In this document: in pieces, positions 28,805 through 41,398 of the stretch | Numbering within the stretch: the stretch's first letter is position 1 | Layout: the number at the start of each line of letters is the position of its first letter | DNA from: Gordius albopunctatus | Lineage: Eukaryota | Direction: 5' to 3' | DNA length: 64,000 nt | NCBI GenBank assembly: GCA_964276515.1 | Contig: OZ193909.1 | Span: 8,370,001-8,434,000, forward strand | Notes under the pieces: model-generated | What the model saw: only the letters and a program-made list of their open reading frames with translations | Database searches by the model: none | Told to the model about the DNA's origin: nothing | Position numbers and translations under genes: made by a program

Positions 28805-30049
28805 TGACATGGATGGCATGGCGAATTTAATTACAAGCTAGATGGTGCTAAAACAATAACCCAATATTATTTTTTAATTAATTTACCCCAAGATTATATT
28901 ATGAAATTAAATAATTATTAATAAAAAAATCATTTTCTATTTATTATAAATTAAAATATTTAAAAAAAATTCATTTCTTCATTAAAAAATAAATATATTA
29001 ATATCTAAAAAATAATATACTCTTATTTCACGCCTATACTTCAAAACATTAGCCCCAGGTCAACCTAACCCCAACCCCGGGTTAAGGTTTGGGTGTATAA
29101 AAGACCTTAAGGTTTTTAAGGTCTTTTTGGGGTTCCACCCCAGTTTTGGGTTAGGGAATCTGAAAGACCTTAAAGGTCTTTTTCCAACCTTAACCCAAAA
29201 CCCACCTCGGGTTTGACCTCGGGAAAACCCAACCTAGGTTTTGATCACCACTAATAATATCATAAAATTTAACGTAAACGTCAATAACTTGCTAATTAAT
29301 CGATAAAATTTTAATTTAACAAATTAAGATATAAAATAATTAATGATTAAAATGTGTAACTCATCTTAGCTGCTCAGAATAATTATTTAAACCTAAGTTT
29401 TAGATTAGTTACATATCAACATTGTAAGGATAAAAAATATAGTTCTTAAATACTAAAATTTACTATTCCCTATGAAGACAAATTCTTTTAAATAAAGTGT
29501 CTTTACTTTTTAGTGTGATGGTTGAGATCGCAAATCTTCCCAAAAATATTTTTTAATAGTGCCACTTTTGTAAGTCATATAATAAGGCATTAAAAAAATT
29601 TAAGATAGGCCAAATAAGGCCCGTGTAGGGCTCTATGAATAGTATACCCATTTAGTTTAACCGTAATCGAGGTATGTTTTGCACGTTGGCAAATAATCAA
29701 AAACATCACGATGTGGTTCCTTAAGCTGCGACTAGAGTGTACCTTTTTGTTATATTTGTGACAGAAGGCGTTATATGCTGGGCATAAAAATACTTGGTGC
29801 TTTACCCTTTAAAATCATTTTCTTTGTGTTTACCATTCTAATGTAAGAGTATTGCCCAATTCAAAGGTTTATGGATATTTGCTCCTAAGCTTTCTAATTA
29901 ATTTGAGTTGATTGAGACATCGTTATCCGATTTATCATTATAACTAGAGGTTTTTATCCTTCATAATAAAATAAAAAAGAATTTTTAATATATTCTGCAA
30001 TATTTAAAGGTTCGAATCTAGAAGCAAACACCGTTTGAATATAATTGTT

Positions 30050-31035
30050 AGAGTGATCGCTTGCTTAAACTCCAGACGCGAGCACGCACATTGATTTGTT
30101 AAATAAGCGCTTTTGCACAATCTGTGCTTGCTATTTGGTGCATCAGGCAGAATAAGAGCATGTAATGATTCTCGAAAGGCTAGTTGAAACAGCAAAATTT
30201 GTTCAAGCAGTGAGCATATTGCCCCAGTAGAAACTCGAGCAGATAGCAGATTTGGTAGAAGCAATTGCTACGAGTTATTATATATCATAAACAAATTGAG
30301 AACTTTCCACCCCTCCTTGCCCAAACCCTAACCCTTTTGCCCCCCACCTTCTCCATCCCCCGGAAGTTGGATTTACCCCCCCCCCGTTTTTTCTTTAACC
30401 GTCACCTAGAGGGGGGAGGGGGTAATTTGTCCTACCCCCTTTTTGCCCTCTCACTCACCCAGAGGGAAGAGAGGATGATTTGACCCCTCTCCCCTTGTTT
30501 TACCCTCTCGCTATCCCAGAAGGATTGAGGAGAGATTTGCCCTCCCCCCCCCCCTTTTTACCATTATCTAGAGGGAGGGGTAGTAAAATAAGGGGGGAGT
30601 GGCGAATCATCCCCCCCCCCTCTGGTGGAGAGAGAGAGTGGGAGGGGGGGGGGAACAAGGCCTGTGCAGGAGGGACAGGGAGATGAATGGGGGGAAAATA
30701 AACATTAGGTAAGACAGGATGAAAGGGGGGGGGGCGAGTTCTTAATTTATTTGGGATATATAATGTGAGCAGATTTTTTAACATTACTAACTCATAGAAA
30801 TTGCTTCTAATAAATCTGTTATCTGCTTGAGTATCTGCTCGGGCAATCTGCTCATTGCTTAAACAGATTTTGCTGCTTCGACTCCGTCTTTCAAACATTT
30901 TTATATGCTACTGTTCTGCTTAGTACACCGAATAGCAAGCACAGATTGTGCTATACGCGCTTTTTAAACAACTCAATGTGCGTGCTCGAGCAAAGTACGT
31001 AGTGAGCATTGCTCACGCGGGAATTTAACAACTCT
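30050..31035. mobile_element. Foldback/MITE with long (~200-bp) imperfect inverted arms around a C/G-tract core
   Basis: cgagcacgcacattga...gcacaatctgtgcttgctatt...gagcagatagcagattt (~30079-30252) is mirrored by aaatctgttatctgctt...aatagcaagcacagattgtgc...tcaatgtgcgtgctcg (~30812-30989). Outer boundaries are approximate. Confidence 0.75.
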
Positions 31036-31550
31036 CCGTATTGGAAGACTCTTGATAAAACAATTTTTTAATATTTCCTCATTTGCATTTTTGTAATTGT
31101 TTGATTTATTTTATCGTCCCCAGCCATAGACTAATAAAACCATAGACTGCCGAACAGCTGACTTTTACTATTAAAAGCATTCAGACACTAAAATAGCTGT
31201 CATATTGTGGGAAAAACTCAAAAATAGGTATATTTATACTTCAAGTAACTCGTAGCTTAACTCACCCAGATGGATTTAACTGATTTTGTGTCCAGATTCA
31301 CGTTAAAGCAATTAATTTTTAATACTCAATTCCTTTTGTAGTATTGTTAAGATTTTATTATTATACGTGTGGGAACAGTCTTTGATCTATATCGTCAATG
31401 GTAAAAGCTAATTTGTATAGGAATAAATGTATTTTTATTTGTTATCACGAATAGTCATGAAATTATTAAAAAAAAAACATAGCACTAGCTATGGACGTTA
31501 CCTTACATATAAAAATATTATTAAAAGATAACACTAGTTATTAGCGTTTG

Positions 31551-32333
31551 CAGGCGCGCAGCCAGGAGTTTTTCGAAGGGGGGGGGGAAGTTGACAAAAA
31601 AATTATTTAAATTTTATTTGTAATTAAAAATTAAACAACCAAAAAGTCGGGCTCATTATTGAGCCCATTCGGCTAAGGGGTCTAGCAGGTTAACATTCTA
31701 AATTGAGATTTTCAAGTCGGCCTCAGCGGGCACCATAATGAGATTTTTTAAATAGTTTACTATTTTTTGGTCGCCTTTCTATTTATAAAATTATAGAATT
31801 AGTAAAAAATGTTTGAAAATAGGACAAAATTAATTCTTGAAATTTAAAATCGTCATTTTGGGCCCGGCTGTTTGGACAGCATTAGTGAATTGGGCAATTA
31901 AAGGGTTTCGGCTGGACTTGGCAGGCAATTCAGTTATAAAAGTGTGATGGGTTCTAGCAAAAAAGTTTAGACAAATATGATTAATGATAAAAGTATTAAT
32001 ATTATGTAGAATGAGGAACATTATAAAAACCGCTTAGTTATCTACTTCCTGGTGCAGTCTTATGTTTTCACGGGAAATAAATTTTCAAACTAGTTTATTT
32101 TTCATACCAGTTTTCAAGATCATATTCGGAAATTTTACAATGCATTTTGTCAAAAATTAAATCAAAAAATTTAATGTATTTTTTAATAAGTATTTTAAAG
32201 TCTTTGATATAACTAAAATATAATATTTAACCCATTCAATTTAGTTATTAATCAAAAAACTTTTCAAATTTTTGCAGGGGGGGAGGAATTTCTCATATTC
32301 TCCCCCTCCCCCCCCCCCTCATTTACGCCACTG
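31551..32333. mobile_element. hAT-type non-autonomous element just upstream of the KIAA2013-like gene
   Basis: Termini caggcgcgcagcc / tttacgccactg, with a near-identical 8-bp TSD agcgtttg / agtgtttg. Confidence 0.65.
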
Positions 32334-32554
32334 AGTGTTTGAAATGTGACGAAGTCAAGTTAGATAAAATAAGTTCGAAATTGTATTAAATTGACAATTA
32401 GAGTAAGTCGTTCAAACAGCTGCAGTGAGGCATGTGGTTTATGGAATACCTAAACTCTGCTTAAATCGATGAATTATATATCCTCAGATAGGAAAAAGTT
32501 AAGAAAATGTAACATATAATCAAATTAAAATTGTAAAGTTTAATAGATTTTTAT

Positions 32555-35500
32555 ATGGAATTCGTTCAAAAGGTTTTACCTGTGAAAAAACAATTGGATA
32601 AATATATATCGTAATATATAATTATTATCTAAATTATATTTTTTAGCACAAAAAAATTGGCAATAGGTGTTTTGTGTTTTCTAATATTTCTTCTTTATTT
32701 ATGGCCACTATTTAAAACTAGAAGAAAGTATGTGACAGGTAAAGTTTATATTGAAGTTTATTCATGTGTTAAGGGTATTGTTCCTCTTGCCTACAAAGGC
32801 ATTTGTATCTATATGGGGATGATAATGATATGGACTTAGTAATACAGCATTTGCCAAAAATTGCAGAAGATAAAGACTACACTCCTTTTATAGGTGCAAA
32901 CTATTTGACATACCTTTGAATGTATTTAGGTAATGGATACATGGGACTCTTCTACAATAGTTTAAAAAAGGAGTTTTTTGTTAAATTGACAAAACTTCTA
33001 TCTGTTCCAATTGCATTTAATCCCATGTCTAATATTCACTTGGAACAGCATGAAAGTCAAGGTATATAGTATTTCACATATTTTGAAGTTTTATGATATA
33101 TATCAGCATATGATAAGAGGTTTTATTTTACATTTTAGATATAATTGTTACAAATTATCGTAAAGGAGTTTTACATCACTTGAAATGTATCAAATATGTA
33201 ATTTTTACTATTAGATATGAATACATGTTTTTTGCTATTATCTATGAATATAATTTTTATTCTGCTTAATGCTATAATTTTATTTATGTAATTAACTCTT
33301 ATATAAACCAAAAATATCAATAAATGTCATTTTTGATAACTAATATCATATAAATATTATATTTATGATTAGAACTTGGATTGTGTCTTTAGTGATCAAG
33401 CAATTTTAATGCATAGAACATTCCCTTCATTGTTTATTGAAAAAATTCTTGTTGAAAACCCATTGGTATTGATAAACTTTATAATATGACCTTTTATCTT
33501 AAGGATCGTGTTTTGGAACTTGAGATTAAGCATGCAAAATTAGATTCAAGTTGGATTAAAGATCAAGAGACAAATTATAATTCCATGTCAGTTTTTGTTC
33601 AATTCATTATGCTGGCCAAATTTATTATTAATAATTTGTATTTTATTGAGATGATATTTATACAATTTATCAAAAAAGTTTAAAGCTAAATTATGATGAT
33701 CAAGATCTTATTCAAAAAGATTTAACCTTGAAAAGTATTTAAAAGCTTAATTATGGCTTAAAAATTAATCATGCCAATTTAATCATAAATTGACACTACA
33801 TTTTGTTAACTAAGACTTTAATCTGGTTGAGAGACATTACGATAAGCCTATTTCAAATTACCCCTTTAGATGTGTGGATAAGTGAGTTAGGGAGGAGGTT
33901 TATAAAAACGTGTAAATAACTTACACCAATCAAGGATTTTGTAAGTAATTTTAAAATTGTGAATATTTGTATTTGTAAAGCTTATTAGTATTAAAATTGT
34001 AATTACCTTTAACTAAAAATTGACCATTATTGAGCTTAATTAGCTATAGATATTGAAAATGTCATCCTTAATGGATAAGTTTGCAAGTAGCTAGGTTTTA
34101 AACTCTCTTGTCCATGGTCCATATTTAAAGACCTTAGCTTGTGAAAGTTAGTCGGGATACTTATGTTACAGGCCTTTCTACAACTTAAATAACATTTAGG
34201 TATTGAATACTTGGAAGAATTTTCAATTTGTTGATTAGATATCTCATGCTATTTATATCCACTAAATACATCCAAAAATATGTAAACAAAGGGTCAAATA
34301 ATATGTGGATAGAGTGTCATTTAATAGTTGGCCCAGCATAATTTCTTTATAAATTTTATCCTAATTTACACTAAATTTCAAGTCTCAAAGATGCTTCACA
34401 ATTGAGCCCTTTGCAGATGGAAGTAACGCGCCGCGCTGTTTATGGTTTGAAAGTAGCCGCTACTGCTTTAAACGCTTTCCCACTTTTCAGGTTCCTCCAT
34501 TCTCAAGATTTATATTTGTATGCCGAATTTGTGTTCATCAAACCCAAGATGATTAAAGTACCGCCTCGGAGGTTAATAATCACTATATTAAGGAAAAATA
34601 GTTATGCTTGATACCTTTTATGACATGTGCAAAGTTAAAATTTTGCAATCCAAAACACACGATTTGACAAAAAATGCTTATAGCACAAATAAATTTTGAC
34701 TCTTCTTCGCCATAAAACGCATCGCTACATTTATGTTCTTTTACTAAAAGTCGGGGAAGGATGCATTCTTGTTTACCCCATTACATAAAATTAATGTTTT
34801 TATTTCCGCTGCAGTTAGAAATCGGCTCGACCCAAACGTAATCTTAACTTTTTTAATTTCAGTGTGGGTTCCGGGGGGCGGGGGCATGACTCTCATTACA
34901 GGCATTGGGATTTTAACCTGTTTTTTATGTCTTCGTTTTAGCAAATCAAACTCATATGGATACACGATATTTCGTTATTCGTTATTTTCTCAAAATCTCA
35001 CACCCCAACAGAATCGAAGTATCGCAGAAGGTCTCAAAAAGCTTGTTAATCAGGTTGACTCAAATAATGATATCCTGATTTTTTCCTTAATCTTAATACG
35101 TTCGAAAAATAAGACATTATTTAATACCTTATTAGGACCTGGACGCCATATTAAAATTCAAGCCTGAAGAACTCCTAACCCTACACTTTGAAGCGTGGAA
35201 CGAGGTATTAATTTATGCCAATTAACCATTTGTTTTATAATTTCTTAGGATGGCCTGTTTCTTTTATTAATTGCTATGCAATTTATGGGCTCGTTTTTTG
35301 TTGTCCGTCCGTCGTCCACCAAGTTATTTACCCTAGCTTCCCGACTTGCAGGTTGGGGTTCGAGACCCGGAGAGGACAAAAAATTTTTATTTTTTTTAAA
35401 TTAAATTAATATTTTGTTCTTGTTAATGCCATTGATAATATGACTTTTTGACCGTCCGCAAGCTACTGACCAATGAAGAAAATGACCATTGGCCAAATAA

Positions 35501-38500
35501 ATCCAAATTTTTCGTTTTTGAATTGGGTAACATTGATAATTACCCTATGCCCTCCCCTACAAGGGCCTATGCCTCTATTAATATGGTTCCCTGTTCCCCC
35601 CCCAAAGGCTTATGCCTCTATTTAATGTGGGTTCGAATCCCGGCGAACGTTTTAAATTGCTGGTTCGAGACCCGGAGAGGACAAAATTTTTTATTTTTTT
35701 TAAAATTAAATTAATATATTGTTCTTGTTAATACCATTGATAATATGACTTTTTGACCGTGTTCTGGCTACTGACCATTGAAAAAAATGACCATTGGCTA
35801 AATTGTGAATCGAAATTTTTTTTCCGTTTTTGAATTGGTTAACATTGATAAATTACCCTATGCCTCTACTGATATGGGTCCCTGTTCCCCTACAAAGGCT
35901 TATGCCTCTATTAATGTGGGTTCGAATCCCGTAGAAGGCAATTTTTTTAATTAAATGGAAAATTTGTATAAATAATTAACTATTCATTTTGCATTTAATA
36001 CCCCCCCCCTATAGGCATTCTCGCCCCTTCCCACCTTTCTCGCCCATAAATTGCATAGCAAATATGCTACATTTATACGGAGTATAGATGATTTTCGTTC
36101 CCTCCTGCACCTCCCTCCCCCCGGTCCCTTCCCCCTTCCCTTCCCCCCTACCCCTTCCCACGAGGGCCAAAGGCCCGAGTTTTATAAAATATTTTTGGAG
36201 TTTTGTTTAATGTACATCTAGTAAATTTTCATTGAGCTCTTGAAATGTAATCACTATTAGTACAATTTATATATTTTCATTTTGCTTTCTTTGCATTTGA
36301 GTATGCCATAGGGTACAATGTACAATCGCCCTTTAACATCCTTTATACATTACTTTGGTATAAGGATGAAAAACGGCAATATTTTCTTATGCCAATTTAT
36401 TTTAGACAAGCAAGGTTCTGTACAAAGGTCTACAAGCCTGAGCTTCATCTTAAAATTTGTTTTTTAATATGGTTCTAATAATATAACATTTTGACAAGCA
36501 GAAGTGTGCCGGGTAAAACTGCCAACACAATTAAATAATCGAATCAAGTTTGTATCTAATGTCAAATACGCAACAGCCCCTTTACTTAATCATGTGTCGC
36601 TTTCACCGTTTCTCGATCCTCAGTTGTTTAAATGACAAAGATCTAAAATGGCTTACCTGCTAATATGCGTCTCAACCCATATGTCAAAATTTTTAGATTG
36701 TTAGGACTTTGTTACGCTTTTATATCAAACTAGAGACCTGCATGGGCCAGGTTCAGGCCCGGCCCATACCCCCAAATTTATTTTTCGGCCTCCACCTAGC
36801 CCGCAGATAAAACCTAAAAATTGCTCCGAATCCGGCCCGCACTGGTAATAACATGTCGACGTTGTTTAAAAATCATTTATTTGTAAAAAAAATTTGTATT
36901 GTTCAAAAAGTAACTAAGCTTGAACATATAAAATCGCTTTTAATCATAAAATGTAATTTAATATTGTCGTTTAAATAAGAGGCTATTTATTTTATGATAT
37001 AATAATCTGGCCCTTCTTGTTACTTGACCACTTATCTTACTGAATGTGTATTCACTCGTGGGGCTGATGGCTGGAATTAACAAAAATGTAATAGCTAATC
37101 TTGTTAAATTTGGTAGCACAGGTTGATGTGCTTTCCACCATAGAATCACATCTAACTGAACATTCTAAAGTTGTAATATAATCCGAGATAGGTGTCGACT
37201 TCGTTAGATTATTTATCTTTTTTTATTATGCGAAAATTATTGAAAATTATATTTTTCTTGGATTATTCCCGTTATTATGCTTAAATCCCAGATTTTTGTT
37301 CGAATAAATATCAATTTTTACCTTCAAGCTATTAAGTAAATTCTTTTGTTCCTATATATAAATAAATCTAAATTATTCTAGATATCTAGGTCCAAGCCCA
37401 GCCGACTTTTTAAACTGCTCTTTTTTAAGCCATACTTAGTATGGAACCATACTTTGGGCTGATATTAGGAAAAAAACAAATTAAAATACGTTGGCCGTTT
37501 GCTTGCTAACCATGGACGTAGCCAGGGCCCCTAAATGGCGTGAAAAAAAATTTTTTGATGCAAAAAGCCTTACAAATTAAAAAAATTTATGTTTTGCCCC
37601 CCTCCCCCCCCCCAATTGAACTTTTGAACGTTTCGCCGCCCCCCCCCCCTAATCCAAAACCTGGCTACGCCCACGTTGCTAACTATTTGTTTTACCAATA
37701 ATTCCAATATAACTACTGTTCGTGTTGTAAGGTATGGAAAACCGGTTTATCCATGAGCCATTCGAAATCGGCCACTGCTCTTAACGGGGACCGAATTAAC
37801 GGGACGTTTTACACCTTTTTGTCACATCAGCCCACTCATCCAGACCCGATCCAGGCCTCGCTACAACAATCTGTGACGACCGCAGTTGCGCCAGCCATCG
37901 ACTTTTATCCCAAGGATCATTGCTACAATTCTCATTCTACCATGTATGTATGCCCTATATACTAGTGTGTCGTAACATCGGCTGGGGGGTTTTGTTTGGT
38001 CGACCTTTGGCTTTAGTCATAGAATAATAAAACCATAGACTGTCGAACAGCTGATAATTTTACAGCAAATATAGCAAGCGTCATTTTGTGGGAAATTGCA
38101 ACGAAACAATAGAATCCATCATAATTTATTGTTCTAATTTACTTAATTTTTTTTAAATTTATAAATTAAGCGAATAATAATCTTATTTAATTTCTTCGAT
38201 ATTTTATCCTGGAGAAGTATAAATATACCTGTTGTTGAATTTTTCCTACAATATGGCAGCTATTTTGGTGTCTGAATGATTTCAATAGTAAAAATCAGCT
38301 GTTCGGCAGTCTATGGTTTTAGTCGACTAAACACAAGCAGACCAAAAGTTTGAGAGCAAAAAACCTTTGGTCTGCTTATGCTACCAAGAAAAATAGGCCA
38401 AAAAACCTATGGTCTGTTTGTGTTTAGTCTACGACTAAAACCAACGGTCGACCAAACAAAACGCCCGAGCCGTTTTTAAAACACTACTATATCCTATTCC

Positions 38501-41398
38501 CACATAAATATCAATAATGCGAGAGTTAGTTGGGGGGAGGGGGAGAATAGAGTTTTAAATCCCCTATTTATATTTTGTTGAACGGCTTAGGCTTTGACGA
38601 TAGTATTTTTACCCTAAAATTTGGAAATTTATTAAAAGAGATGTCTATGTCTAGGAGATTATTTCTGCTCACCTTATTGTTAATACTCCTTTTTTAAGCA
38701 ATTTATTTGGTTATTTGAAGACTTCAATCTTTCACTAGGGCTTTAGGGCTTAGTCAGGGGGAGGCAGGGTGGCGTAGCTGGCCCATTTAAGTGTTAAAAA
38801 TTTTTTACATTTATAAAATAATTACCTAAATAAAATTATAATTTTCACTCTACGTGAATCTTTCTCGAACTTTTTTTTAACCCTGTTATAACCATCCTGG
38901 CTACCCCGCAGTAAAATAACTAACGAATTTTTGTGCTTTATCCTATTTGAACTCGTAATATGGTTACAATTGTAATGGTACAAAATAATCCAATTTTTCC
39001 GGTCATAGATCATTTGGCTACTCATTTGCATTGATTTAAGGCAAATTTATTGGTTTGAGCATAAATAGTTTTATTATATTATTTCAACCTTGGCCATATT
39101 ATGTTTGTTTTTCCTTCGAAGAAACCCTTGGTTTCCTACAAACTATATGTAAACATATTTTGTGGATGTTGAAAGGATAATAATGGGTTCGTTATTGACG
39201 GCTGTCGTTTTTTAGGTTGTCTTCCACTTTGTGGTCGCAATTTGGGACAGTGGCCGAAACATTAAGGATAATGTACTTGTGGGAATTAACGCTGGACAAG
39301 AATGGATGCTCTAAACTGATCCAATCCCAAGGCTTGACTGGCACGATACAGGCCCTTACCTTCAGCGCTGCCGGGCTTAAAATAACGTCCAATCATTTAG
39401 AGTTTTCCATGGATCCCAAAGATTTACATCGCGATATTACTATGCGGCACATAAACTACAGTGAGTTTTAGGATAATAAACTTTCATAACCTTAAAGCTT
39501 AATCAAAATGTTTTAAACCCGTAGTTATGTAAAATAAGTTTGGCTTTATATTTTAGAGAATTGTCATTGAACGGGTAGAACGTTTTTAGAAAAATTTAAC
39601 TAGTATAGTTGTTTTATATTTCGAAAAAATTTGGATTTTTAAATGATCAATTTGTAATCTAATCTAATAATTACATATTTTTGTATCTCTTATTCTTTAA
39701 AAGTTTAAAGTTGTTTTTTTCACTTAAATTTAAAAAATTTATTTTTTATCTATAGGCTTATTTTAAATAAATAATTTTTTAACGGTGTTTCGTTTAATTG
39801 ACTTTGAACTTTAAAATAGCCTTGATGAATTTAACGATTTATTAGTAATCACTAAGTTTATTGTTATATTATTATTGGTGTATCAGAAAATCTGACTTAT
39901 GTGTCCATACAAATCTTTATTGGAGACGATAATCGTGCTTTTCTGTTGGTATCCATTGATTCTACAACCAAAACTCCATTATATGCCTGTGATGCCGGTT
40001 GTTTAGATCCACTTATTGCCCTGAGGTATTATATTTACATTTTTTATTTTGTTTATATCATGTTTTGCCAAGGTCGGTTGTGTTTTGCAATAAAAACTTC
40101 CAATTCACTTATAAAACTCTTTTGGTCATGTTAGTGCCTTAGGTGAATATCTTTATGCACCCATTTTAACCACAAGTTTTGTCAATCGCATACTAATCCT
40201 TTTTGCAAAATTAGTTATATTGTCTTTATTTTAATTCAATTTTCTTTGTTCATAAGTTTAACAGCTACTAGCAATTATTTAACCAAAATTTGAATTCCCT
40301 TTTGATATATTTTAATACTTACCCTAAAAAAACTCAAAAATAAGAAGTACATTCTACAAAACTTTTTAAATTTCCACCGAGTTAAATGAGCGGTAGAGAA
40401 TTTTTTTATATAGCTTGAAATTACTTTTGGATTTTCAATATAAATTATATATGTCTTTATGTATATTGTTCACAAGAATTTTATATGTGGTTATATTTAT
40501 AAAAAAAACACGAGCACATCTCCATCGCAATTCCCCGTCAAATTAACAAGCCCGCTGACTTCTCTTTTATACATTTCTGAAGATAGGGATCATCTTGATT
40601 ATCTTAAACATACCATTCACGTTAAAGAAATTGTCATAGGTAAAACAACAAATTGAGGGCTATCAATTTATATTCATGGTGCATCAATTGAATATTAACT
40701 ATGCTTTGCTCATGTATTAAGTCAGGTGTTATGTAGCTATTCTTTAAATAAATTTGTTTTAGGCTTATAGATGACATTTTCTCATGGTTTTTTAAAATGT
40801 TAATATTGTTAGACCTTAAAACTTGGTTAGCAATACATACTAACTAAGTACATTTACTAGTTAAAAAAATTGGCTCCAAGCTGTTACATTGATATTTGTA
40901 ATGTTTGAATAAAATTAAAACATGATACTATATACATCTGAATAGACATCTTTTGTAAATAAATCACCCACTTTGGTTCCCTTTGTATCAAATATATATT
41001 TTAGTATAGTGGTAAATTTTTGAAAGCTTTGACATTAATGTTTAGCCGATTAGGATTAAAATTTGCCTATATCGTTTGTATCTTTTAAATGAGGCAAACA
41101 AAATTATAACTTAAGGGATGACGTTTCAAACTTTAAGCAATATCAATAAATTACGATTACTTTAAAAAGTGTAAAATAAAGAGTCTTTGATGTTTTTGTT
41201 CGTACCCTAGCGCCAGCTCATGAACACCACGTTATAGCTGCCCACAAGCACGGACACAATTTTGGAGGCTTGCCCACCTTTTTTTGGGTGAGCATAGCTC
41301 TGCTCATAGTACTTTTCCATCTCTTCCTCTTCAAACTCATATACAGCGAATACTGTGGAACGAGTTCCGATTACTATCGCGATAGATACTCCGTTTAA
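32555..41398 (+). CDS. KIAA2013: KIAA2013-like (DUF2152) membrane protein, ~15 exons
   Basis: In-frame exons: 32555-32610, 32647-32738, 32774-32893, 32930-33061, 33139-33197, 33373-33465, 33504-33586, 34491-34571, 34942-35053, 35136-35204, 37732-37943, 39216-39460, 39887-40025, 40515-40639, 41211-41398. Motifs: N-terminal TM segment, [57 protein letters not shown]-terminal [30 protein letters not shown]. Confidence 0.9.
35262..36183 (+). mobile_element. HINE-like element, copy 3 (complete), intronic
   Basis: 5' subTIR at 35271, then gtccgtccgtcgtcc, internal repeats, 3' subTIR at 36042-36061, hairpin gggcc-aaa-ggccc (~36164-36176) and gagtttt. It is the reverse complement of copy 1 at both ends. 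Confidence 0.8.
36731..37410 (-). mobile_element. hAT transposon remnant encoding the C-terminal dimerisation domain
   Basis: Terminus tagagacctgca at 36731. ORF 36958-37149 ([36 protein letters not shown]) matches Dimer_Tnp_hAT (WW...P.L..LA...L.IPA.S..SER.FS). The right boundary is approximate. Confidence 0.85.
37511..37675. mobile_element. hAT-type MITE (catgggcgtagcc family)
   Basis: TIRs catggacgtagccagg / cctggctacgcccacg, with an 8-bp TSD ttgctaac on both sides. Confidence 0.85.
37963..38486. mobile_element. Composite MITE: outer tagtg..cacta element enclosing an inner aaaaccatagactg..cagtctatggtttt inverted-repeat unit
   Basis: Outer ~60-bp imperfect inverted repeat, with TSD-like ctatatac / ctatatcc. 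The inner unit is homologous to 31124-31220. A related outer element lies at 52488-52627. Confidence 0.65.

Noticed and set aside
30265..30898. Pro/Gly-rich ORFs
   Set aside because: Artefacts of C/G homopolymer tracts inside the foldback element.
35330..35385. Possible tRNA gene
   Set aside because: Only a T-arm/B-box-like half is visible, with no D-arm, anticodon arm or pairing acceptor stem. Reported as a repeat-borne motif instead.
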